Shown here piece by piece: positions 26,092 to 36,899 of a DNA stretch of 64,000 nucleotides. The position numbers and the translations under genes were made by a program. The stretch comes from Phoronis australis (taxonomy: Eukaryota; Animalia; Phoronida), in contig NMRA01000319.1 of the NCBI GenBank assembly GCA_002633005.1, forward strand, positions 165,546-229,545, given 5' to 3'. The notes under the pieces are model-generated. The model made no database searches, was not told the DNA's origin, and worked only from the letters and a program-made list of their open reading frames with translations. The stretch's first letter is position 1. Each line of letters begins with the position of its first letter.

Positions 26092-28832
26092 AGTGGGAAA
26101 CTAAGCATTTTAATTACATCATATTACGAACCAATGACGTGTGAACAGCAGGTCGTAAACTTAATAACCGCATACTAATTACAGGAGTTGTCGCTAAGGA
26201 TGTCTTGAACGTTCTCGAGGCGATGCTTCGTGTTAGCTCTCTTGTGTATTATGAAACGACTTATGACGGCGGTAGAAGCCACGATCGTAAATGAGGGTTC
26301 ACTGGATCCTATTGAAAGGCGAGCGATCTCTTTTTAATCCTAGGTGCAACTCGGAAGAAATTTGTGGTTTTCCTAGTTCCACGTCGCTTGCTGGCAGAGT
26401 TCAAATAAATCTGAGACGCGATTGTCCCGTAACTGTTGTTAGCCTTTTTAGGTTGCTGCGGTTAGGTTCTCAGTTCGTTTAATGTTGCGATTTATGACAG
26501 ATAAAACCCGTTTATGGGTTTTCAAGCTCCTGAACCTATTGAAAGCCGCCCGTGCTGTTGACTTCGCCTAGTCCTATCGCGGTACAATTCGCAAACAATT
26601 AAGCGTATATTACACAAATCCTGTTTAATAGACCGCGTAAGTGTTGTAAAGATACGAGACAACGCGGAATGAATGGCTTGCAGTCATTGGACAAAGTTTG
26701 GTCACGTGATTGCAATACAAGACTGCTTTAGGGGCGTTCTCACTTGGTAAGGAATTTTATTCAAATTTGCTTGTAATAATGTAGAGGATTTTTTAGAGAT
26801 CTTTGATCTTACTAATGAAATTCCAGCGAACTATGATTTTGATTATTTAAAAACTATCATATTTACAATAAAAGTTGTCGTTATCGGACATGCACAATAC
26901 ATGTATTAGTATGTGTGTGATAAATCAGCTACCAACTAATCCTCAAACGTATTTTCTATGCAACCGGTCGTTTTCTATAACACGTCTGCCTCACAACAAT
27001 CTGTATTGGTGATTCACTTTTGTAAGAAAACTCATATCCGCTTGAATGACTGAAACGCGTATCACTTTTCGACATATTCCTGCCGTTGATTGACATTTCG
27101 TGTCCATAGCGTCGTCTATTGACAACAAGTATTTTGAAATCTCGAGCAAATTTACATTGTAATAAGCGCTGATAAAAGTCATGAGTTACGCGGGAAGGCC
27201 CGTTAATCCTTTGTCATCGAGTCAGAATCAGGTTTGATAAACGTTCGATCCAGCTTGTGGGTGGATGAGAGCTCTAAAACCCCTGAACGTATTGGATAGA
27301 CCAAATAATGATTAGTTGATTCTAATTAGCGCCTGCCGTTTAAAGCGACATCACTGACCAGAAAACGGGTTTTTAGGGATCACCTGCAGCGCAGAATCGA
27401 ACCTACAAAACCTCGTGATCGCATTCTAACGCCCTTCTGGCAGAACTATATCCAAATCGATAAATGGCAAGGTGTTTTAGCGTATATTTAAAAATGGTAG
27501 TCACTGCCTTGATTTCCTAATGTTCGGCAGACAACGGCGATAATCGGCGTTTTGTAATGAAACCATAAAAAGCAAAATGGGTTTTGTTTTACGGCTCTGG
27601 CCAAACGCAATCACTTCGAGAAGTCTATCGGGCCCATCAATGATCCCAAGAATTCGTTTCTGGTCCTAAAAGCGTACAATGTCCCTTTAAAGACCCTACA
27701 GGTAATGTTCATTTTTATCAAGGTCAGAAATTTGTTCACAACTATGGTGTTTCTGAAAACTACTAAAATTTCACCCGAGCTCTGAGAATGAACACCTAAC
27801 TGATAATTACTGAGATGATTTCAGTAAATTATTTCCGTTTTTAAACCTTTTTCAGCAACTGAGACCAAATGTCGGTCATAAAAGTTTTCTTAGTCATTTT
27901 TCATGAAACAAGCTCCAACTTTAGACCTATATTAAAGTTATCAATATTTTGTAAAAAGAGAGAAATTTTGGTGAACTATTTAAAAATTCTTTTTGGTTAA
28001 ATTTCAAAGCGGGTACGATTCCATTATTGCGTGCAAGAAGCGAATATTTGATTTGGACTACTTACCGTTATAAAGTTGGGGTCTCAACTTATTCCCTACT
28101 CAGAGGAGAAATGAATCCTGGGTTGACACAACATTGAATGTTATTATTCCTTGTGACCCTGTTTGTCACGTAAAATGACCCGCCGTGACAAGCCTAGTTG
28201 TTGAGCTTAGTCTCAAGCCAGTTTTCTCGAAGTCCAAAAGGGAGCGCAGAACGCTCTCACTGGAGTTTGCATTTCAGAACACATGATAATGGACTCGTCA
28301 CCCTTTCTTCTCAGATGAGCACAGAAACTTTATTAAGTCTTGTATTGTGAACCCTTCATACCGATTCCAAAAATGTGGTCCAAAAGTACAACTAGTTTTT
28401 TTGCAAATCTGGCTTGTTTGAGGGCCACCTGAAATCGCTACCCAGCAATGCACAATTGCAACAGGGGGCTATCATCTTGAACAAGAGTGCAGCTACAGCT
28501 GAGCAAGTGGTCTTTTTTCATTCTCAACATGTTCACAAATACGAACAAACCACATTCACTTGGCCTACAAGAAATATCTACGTAAAAATATGCCCCAAGC
28601 ATGGCCTATCCCTAGATTTTAATATTTTGAATTGACCGCGGCCGCAGCCTAACTGTTCAGTACCAATAAAGCAGTAACCTGACCAAGGAGATTTCATAGC
28701 CTCGTTAAGTTCGTCCGTGAAAAGTCAATGTCCTGTAGAAAGGAAATTTTTGTTAGTAATTGTTGTAATTCCGTTTCTCTTACAACTAGTTTTGCGACTA
28801 CACAATGCAACTGAAGGGGTAATAAACACGAT

Positions 28833-31800
28833 TCTCTAAGTGCTTCGATAGGTGGGTTTGTTTCAGTCTAACAAATATGTCAAAAATGCGTATGCGTCTG
28901 GACTTCCCACACGAGACGAAAATATGACAACGCCAAAGATGACGATGACAGTGTGAGTTCTGTAGCAATGTCAGTGGCAATGGCAATAATGGCGGTGACA
29001 ATATCATTGGAAATGTCCTTGACAACATTCAGTGACAGTTATGGTTTCAATGGCAGTGGCAGAGGCATTTATGATAGTGATATTTATTGATTACAGTCCT
29101 AAAAAGATGGTCTTGAGAGTTCTTTATTTCTATAAATTCCGTTTTAAACTGTCTCTAAATATATTTGTGAAGTACGCTTATGATTTTTTAATCACATCGT
29201 CGTTCCCAGCCAATGAGCCACTCCACGTTTCCTAAGCTAATATGGATTGTTTTCAACTGTCTTAACATGAGATAAATGTCCAAAACAATTACATAAATTA
29301 GCTTTCATACAGATTTTCAGAGACTGTACTACGTATAAATATTAGAAATCAATAATTGGTCCGTAAAAAATATTTTTCTCGCCGAGAATTTTGGTCGAAG
29401 AACCAGGTTTCCGACTGGTTGTACACTAGTGCCACCTATTGTGGATGTGGATGACTTAAAACGAGACTTCAAGATTGTCTTCATCTTTGTTCACAGCACC
29501 AACTGAAGAGGCTACGACTCTATCTTCAATTTTTTATAGGCACGGAAGCTTATTGCGTGCATAAAACATTGCTACACAGGCGTTTGCAGGTCACCTTTCT
29601 ATGATGACGTTAAAAGTTTCTGGCATAAAAAATCACGTTATTTTTGAAAAAAATCACGACTGACCAGAAAAAAGATTAAGTGACTGCAAATTCTGAGAAT
29701 TGCTGACTTTAATGATAAAATTTTTGTTATTTCCGGTGATTTTAAAGGTGAATGGCTTCATCGATTTTCAAATAGGAATTTATGACTCTCAGCTCCTTCC
29801 GCCGTGACCGACAACCTAAAAACAAACGGCCATGAGCATCAGGGCTGTTTTGGGGGGGCAAATTTTCTTCTTACACCTAAATCCATCGTTTCCAAAAATC
29901 TTACAATCTGTAGGAATGTGTCCAAATTTGGTCATTACTGAATTGGATAATGCGCATTCCTAAGGAAACTGTGTCGCTCAGTCATTGAGTGGAAATTGTA
30001 CAATGTCTCTCCATACGCGCACAAAAAGTCCGAAAAATAGAAAACGAGACAACAGACCACAAAAATGCAGATGCACAATTCATAGCTCTGAATTTACCCC
30101 TTTTTCATTTTATTTTTTAAAATTTTTTTAGTAAAAAGTTCACATTCTCAAAAATATGCGCCCCCCATTATTTAGGTTGGTTGCGCGCATGCTCTCTATA
30201 TCGACCAGGAAATTCGTTATCGCCTCAAGCCCTTGAAATCACGAAACAACGCTTGTCTAAGTAAGCTCCTATTGTGCTGTACAGGGCAGCGGCGTGGTAC
30301 ACTGTAGATAAGAGACGCCTTGCGTAATGTTATCGGGAAAAAGAACTGCCTGACGTTTACCAAAAGAAAGGTTGATGTCAGGCTTCTGAAAACCAGTAAC
30401 GTTTGTAATACTGACTAAACGATAGTTGTAATGTAATGCAGATGAATTTTTGACAAATACTGATGAGCTAACATTTTATTACGAAAAAATTTTCAATCAT
30501 AACGAAGTATAACAGAATTAACTAATCTGCCAAATCCAAGATCATACATATCCATGTACAAAAAATAAAACAAAACGAAACAAAGCAAACAAAACAGTTC
30601 AACTTCTGCTCATTTCGTTAACGTCAAACAGCATTTCTGGTTGAATAATGATTATCCCTTTAGGGCAACACCTGTTTTTTCCAATCCTATGAACACGAGA
30701 GTAACCAAGAACTTCGTGAGTACTGGCCCAACGAATGGCCCAAGCCGTCGCATGAGACCCGTAAGCACCAATTTAATAGCTGGAGCAAAGGGCAAAACCG
30801 GGAACAAGAGAGTCATTGCCGCCAAGGACACTGCCGGAAATAATACGAATATTGCTTCACCAAGCTTCTTGGCTACATAGTTAATAAACTCCTCTACAGG
30901 CATACAGCCTTGATGCATCAGTTCCCATTTGCTCCAGATGTCTTCGGCTAGACGNTCTCTAAGTGCTTCGATAGGTGGGTTTGTTTCAGTCTAACAAATA
31001 TGTCAAAAATGCGTCTGGACTTCCCACACGAGACGAAAATATGACAACGCCAAAGATGACGATGACAGTCTGAGTTCTGTAGCAATGTCAGTGGCAATGG
31101 CAATAATGGCAGTGACAATATCATTGCAAATGTCCTTGACAACATTCAGTGACAGTTATGGTTTCAATAGCAGTGGCAGCGGCATTTATGATAGTGATAT
31201 TTATTGTTTACAGTCCTAAAAAGATGGTTTTAAGAGTTCTTTATTTCTATAAATTCCGTTTTAAACTGTCTCTAAATATATTTGTGAAGTACGCTTATGA
31301 TTTTTTTAATCACATCGTCGTTCCCAGCCAATGAGCCACTCCACGTTTCCTAAGCTAATATGGATTGTTTTCAACTGTCTTAACATGTGATAAATTTCCA
31401 AAACAATTACATAAATTAGCTTTCATACAGATTTTCAGAGACTGTACTATGTATAAATATTAGAAATCAATAATTGGTCCTTAAAAAATACTTTTCTCGC
31501 CGAGAATTTTGGTCGAAGAACCAGGTTTCCGACTGGTTGTACACTAGTGCCATCTATTGTGTATGTGCATGACTTAAAACGAGGCTTCAAGATTGTCTTC
31601 ATCTTTGTTCACAGCACCAACTGAAGAGGCTACTACTCTATCTTCAATTTTTTATAGGCACGGAAGCTTATTGCGTGCATAAAACATTGCTACACAGGCG
31701 TTTGCAGGTCACCTTTCTAAGATGATGTTAAAAGTTTCTGGCATAAAAAATCACGTTATTTTTCAAAAAAATCACGACTGACGAGAAAAAAGTTTAAGTG

Positions 31801-33073
31801 ACTGCAAATTCTGAGAATTGCTGACTTTAATGATAAAATTTTTGTTATTTCCGGTGATTTTAAAGGTGAATGGCTTCATCGATTTTCAAATACGAATTTA
31901 TGACTCTCAGCTCCTTCCGCCGTGACCGACAACCTAAAAACAAACGGCCATGAGCATCAGGGCTGTTTTTGGGGGGCAAATTTTCTTCTTACACCTAAAT
32001 CCATCGTTTCCAAAAATCTCACAATCTGTAGGAATGTGTCCAAATTTGGTCATTACTGAATTGGATAATGCGCATTCCTAAGGAAACTGTGTTGCTCAGT
32101 CATTGAGTGGAAACTGGACAATGTCTCTCCATACGCGCACAAAAAGTCCGAAAAATAGAAAACGAGACAACAGTCCACAAAAATGCAGATGCACAATTCA
32201 TAGCTCTGAATTTACCCCTTTTTTCATTTTATTTTTTAAAATTTTTTTAGTAAAAAGTCCACATTCTCAAAAATATGCGCCCCCCATTATTTAGGTTGGT
32301 TGCGCGCATGCTCTCTATATCGACCAGGAAATTCGTTATCGCCTCAAGCCCTTGAAATCACGAAACAACGCTTGTCTAAGTAAGCTCCTATTGTGCTGTA
32401 CAGGGCAGCGGCGTGGTACACTGTAGATAAGAGACGCCTTGCGTAATGTTATCGGGAAAAAGAACTGCCTGACGTTTACCAAAAGAAAGGTTGATGTCAG
32501 GCTTCTGAAAACCAGTAACGTTTGTAATACTGACTAAACGATAGTTGTAATGTAATGCAGATGAATTTTTGACAAATACTGATGAGCTAACATTTTATTA
32601 CGAAAAAATTTTCAATCATAACGAAGTATAACAGAATTAACTAATCTGCCAAATCCAAGATCATACATATCCATGTACAAAAAATAAAACAAAACGAAAC
32701 AAAGCAAACAAAACAGTTCAACTTCTGCTCATTTCGTTAACGTCAAACAGCATTTCTGGTTGAATAATGATTATCCCTTTAGGGCAACACCTGTTTTTTC
32801 CAATCCTATGAACACGAGAGTAACCAAGAACTTCGTGAGTACTGGCCCAACGAATGGCCCAAGCCGTCGCATGAGACCCGTAAGCACCAATTTAATAGCT
32901 GGAGCAAAGGGCAAAACCGGGAACAAGAGAGTCATTGCCGCCAAGGACACTGCCGGAAATAATACGAATATTGCTTCACCAAGCTTCTTGGCTACATAGT
33001 TAATAAACTCCTCTACAGGCATACAGCCTTGATGCATCAGTTCCCATTTGCTCCAGATGTCTTCGGCTACACG
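28833..33073. repeat. 2.1-kb tandem duplication (28833..30954 and 30956..33073) joined at a single N
   Basis: Near-identical copies with scattered SNPs and small indels; the junction coincides with n at 30955. Confidence 0.92.
30652..30954 (-). pseudogene. Duplicated 3' end of the LRAT-domain ORF (probable assembly artefact)
   Basis: Matches the last ~100 codons of 32771..34543 and is truncated at the N. Confidence 0.6.
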
Positions 33074-34543
33074 CCTGACGTCAGCACCTGTAAACACCCA
33101 TGAAACAGGCAATGAAAATTCTTTCAAAAATGCTTCCGGGTTTTTGCTACTTAGAAATTTTGCAAACTCTATCAGGCAGTTTTTAAGCCAACCGCTTGTT
33201 ATCGTTCTCCGCCACGTGGTCACGACACCATCCACCATGTCGTTCACTTGATGACTAGCATGCACTTCCTGCTTGCAATGGCGCACAAAGTGCTCGCAGT
33301 TATTCGTTAAAACATTATACTTCCGTTCACCAAGTCTTTCCCCCGCGCGGTGAAGTGAGACAGATGGCGGGAAACAGTCGTTCGGAGGGTAGTTGACGCG
33401 GTAGAGTAGGTCTCTATCGGATACTGTGCACCAGTGGAAACATACGGAAGCCTGCTTTTCTTGAGACCGTGACACCACGGCACACTTCAGACTGGTTACT
33501 ATCCCATCGTCATCATTATTCGTGCTATAATGAACAACCCACATAATCTTCGTCGCAAGGTCTACGTCTACCACCATAGAATGGTGCCAGTAGTCCAACG
33601 CACGTCTATAAAAACACACGTGGTCGCCCGGTTGGAGTTTATGCAGGTCATTGGCGCCAATTTTGATGCGATCTGATTCTCCGGGAGAGTAAAGATCGGT
33701 CCCAATTTTTTCTTCAACATACAAACAGCCATCCGCAAAAGCAGGACACATTAGTTGTTTGGTTCGCGCTTTCTTGTCATAACTGAGGAGGTGAAGGCGT
33801 TTTGCTTCATGCAGGAACTTACAGTAACCATGATCATCTCCCCGTGAACTGCACCCTAAATAATCAGACACCGACACTTCGGAAAATGACTGATGTTGTT
33901 GCGGCACCTCTTTTGCTGTTCCTTGCAAATGTTCATCCGGGAATGCTTCTGAGCCATACTGAATTTTGTCACAAACACCGCACTTTATCCCTTCGTCGTC
34001 GCTGTATACAGCGTCTGGGACATCATTCCCGCATTCGCAAAAAGGCTTGGCGCGAGATTTGGGCTTGTCATTTAAGTCATGGAATAGAGTGGATGTCGTT
34101 TGCAAGCACGCTGGATCGTATTCGCTTACGGAAAGTTGAGAAAAACACTTTGTAAGTTGCAGCTCATCAACTGTTTCCTGGACGTACAGGGACTCAGGCA
34201 TATTTTGAACTTCACCACACATCCCGCACACTATGTCACCGTCGTCGATGAGGGCTAAAAATGTAATATTGCAATTGCTACAAACAATTAGCGTGCGACT
34301 GCCAGGTTCGTTATTTCTCGATGGTGCTTCTAAGTCGTCATTGACTGAATTGATTTCCGGGCCACTGCCTCCACCTGTCTGCGTGGCAAAGAATTCAGCA
34401 ACATATAAACGGTCGTATCTGCTGCCGCATGTTTTGCACTGAACCTGCTCGTTTTCAGTAACAAAGAACGTACTCTCGTCCCCATTTCCACAATAACTGC
34501 AGCTTATGACGCTGATCAAAACTTCTCTTGATGACTCTTCCAT
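32771..34543 (-). CDS. LRAT/PLAAT (H-box/NC, permuted NlpC/P60) domain protein with three N-terminal zinc ribbons and hydrophobic C-terminus, 590 aa
   Basis: PGDHV...YWHHSMVV...VVHYS and YNVLTNNCEHFVRHC match the LRAT/HRASLS His, His and NCEHF-Cys motifs. Cys pairs: CSYC/CKTC, CSNC/CGMC, CEC/CGVC. Good Kozak context GGCATGG; AATAAA on the minus strand at 32594-32599. Confidence 0.9.
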   Translation of the reverse strand: MEESSREVLISVISCSYCGNGDESTFFVTENEQVQCKTCGSRYDRLYVAEFFATQTGGGSGPEINSVNDDLEAPSRNNEPGSRTLIVCSNCNITFLALIDDGDIVCGMCGEVQNMPESLYVQETVDELQLTKCFSQLSVSEYDPACLQTTSTLFHDLNDKPKSRAKPFCECGNDVPDAVYSDDEGIKCGVCDKIQYGSEAFPDEHLQGTAKEVPQQHQSFSEVSVSDYLGCSSRGDDHGYCKFLHEAKRLHLLSYDKKARTKQLMCPAFADGCLYVEEKIGTDLYSPGESDRIKIGANDLHKLQPGDHVCFYRRALDYWHHSMVVDVDLATKIMWVVHYSTNNDDDGIVTSLKCAVVSRSQEKQASVCFHWCTVSDRDLLYRVNYPPNDCFPPSVSLHRAGERLGERKYNVLTNNCEHFVRHCKQEVHASHQVNDMVDGVVTTWRRTITSGWLKNCLIEFAKFLSSKNPEAFLKEFSLPVSWVFTGADVRRVAEDIWSKWELMHQGCMPVEEFINYVAKKLGEAIFVLFPAVSLAAMTLLFPVLPFAPAIKLVLTGLMRRLGPFVGPVLTKFLVTLVFIGLEKTGVALKG

Positions 34544-34751
34544 GCCGGCAGTTGTTCATTAACCACACCTAATTGACACCGATCAAGCCTAACGACTGGC
34601 ACGACTAAGTTAAGTCTATCCCAGTGCCATAGAATTAATTGCTCTGCATAGCGCACTGCACATAATAACCAAGTGCCGTCTGATACAAACACCTCCATCC
34701 GCTTTGACAAATCGCGTTGTGTCTAACCATTTATGAATTACACTCATCACT

Positions 34752-35891
34752 GGAAATTCCCGGCCGAACTCGAACGGACGGTCGCGATCTTTTCAGCAAG
34801 GATTGTATAGTATCTTTGCTTTTCAGTTCGACGAGGTCGCACTCTTTGAACCGACGGATTGAGTTGGCCGGGAAATCCCATGATGCCACCGCTGAACTAA
34901 AATTATCTGTGACGTCATCTTGTGAGGCCCGGGAATCAGGTTATGCTGAACCATTACCTGGCGACTGAGGCCACCGTTCGGACCCTTGAATTAGCTCCAC
35001 CAAAAACTGAATTAAACGGGAAATGTCGGGTTTGATGGCAGTTTCTTGGACTAAATGGGTAGTGGTTGTCATGAATGCTAAACAGCAGTAGATTGAATTT
35101 GTTTTGAGTTAACTGTTCAGAAATCCGATAGGTTGCTTGTGTGTAGTCTACCGCTATTGGCTGGGGAAATCCCGTGACGTCACAGCTGAGCGCATCCCCA
35201 GCCTGCGCGAGGTCGGTTCCGCAGTTCACTGATCCTTGCATCTCACCAAAAACTGAACAAAATAGGGTGGGTCGGGTTTGATGCCATTTTTGTGGACTAA
35301 CCGGGGAGTGGTTGGAACAAATGATAATCAGTAGTTCAGTCCTTGAATTTGTTTTGAGAAAACCGTCGGTCTAGTGTGCTCTCAGGCAGTCAGTGGCTGG
35401 AGTCTACGTGACTCGGTACAACGGAGTACCGCCGGCGCCATTTTTCAAGTTGAGAGCACATCCTTGTTGAGTCTTGAAATCTTGGCTCAACCCCATATGT
35501 GAACTTGGCTGCATCAATTAATTTTTTTAATGAGATGGCTGAGACTGCTATATGCACAAGCCGGCTTTGAATGACCCAAGGAGGCCAATCATAAATCAGG
35601 TCAATCAGCCACTGGTACTATATTACCCATGGCATGTCGCAATCTTAAGTCAACGCCCGCATGGAAAATCCCGACGTGGGCAGAGTCACAACCGTGAGTG
35701 AGAACTGTCCAGCAGCGGGTGCATGATCGCGGTTATGGCCGTGACCGCGGCGGCCACCGCCTCCAGACCAGGCACTAATGCTTAATGTAGTCAGACTGGA
35801 GTTCGATTTTTTTCTAGCCGCCAGACAGCTACTGCGAACTGGCGCATTCAATTAACACAGCTTCGGCTTGGCGGGAAATCCCGTGACATCA
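34752..35891. promoter_or_regulatory. Cluster of NF-kB consensus sites with adjacent CRE/ATF sites upstream of the LRAT-domain gene
   Basis: GGGAATTTCC (-, 34752-34761), GGGAAATCCC (34870-34879, 35164-35173, 35873-35882), GGGATTTTCC (-, 35663-35672); TGACGTCA at 34910 and 35175; TGACATCA at 35884. Function is inferred only. Confidence 0.55.
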
Positions 35892-36899
35892 TGGCAGCTA
35901 GAGCTGAAAACTTGCCCGGGGCGGCAGGGTATCCATGATTGCGCAAGGCTATCTCAATGTGACCTACTTTACGATTACACAATAAAGGCTGGCCGAGAGG
36001 CTTCCGCAATGCTTTGGGAGCCGAAAAACACATAATACTGTCATCTGGTTAGAAAAAAGCTAGAAACTGACTAAACGCTAGGTGACGTGCAGTTAGTTAA
36101 CGACACCGGTGGACGAAAATGTCTGGGGCGCGATGAAGCTAGATATTTAAAACGATCCTATTTTCGGATGATTTCAACCGAAGGGCGTACTGTCACCCGC
36201 AAATATATCATTGGCGTCAATCGTGAAAGCCAAAGGCACTGGAACCATTTCAGTTACAAACTCGTACTCCCTATCTCGCAAATTAGACTATTACGGTCAC
36301 GGTTGTGGCGGTCTTTTCCCACACTAGTCTTGCTGTGTAATTCGTCACGATTAAAAGCATAGGTCAAGCTTGCCCGATTTAGCAGACTTTGAAAGGATCT
36401 TTCACATTTCTTCCAAACTTTTGATGGTTGTCAAAGGTTTCAGAGCATTATTTTGTTTCTGAGAACTAGATGGGAAAGTCGACCATTCTAATCATTAGTA
36501 TCCAGCGTTAATACTGAGGACAAAACAGGAATTGGTCCGATCCTAAGGGACAATTGAATAAAAATACACGCAAACAATTTACAATTCAATGAGGTCTAGA
36601 TTCATGAATTAATTTATTTAGATATCGAACAAAGTTACGATTGCTCAGTCACCTGTCAGAGGTGACGCATCTAAAATTAGAGTGAAATAGCAACCATGGG
36701 ACCCGGTGATGGGCGGCGCCGGGAGGGAAGGGGAGGGGGTGTGTAAATTTCCGTGACTAACACGGTTAATAAAAAACCTACTTAACTTGATATCATCAAG
36801 TTCTTGACTAACTCATTCCCGATAATGTGATTTTTTCTGTGAGTTGTTTCCCCCCTTTCAAACGTATACGATTCGGCTGCACGAACTGCATTCAACGCC

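Noticed and set aside
33048-34442. Plus-strand ORFs antisense to the LRAT gene (likewise those opposite Wnt16 and CFAP92 exons)
   Set aside because: Shadow ORFs of real coding exons.
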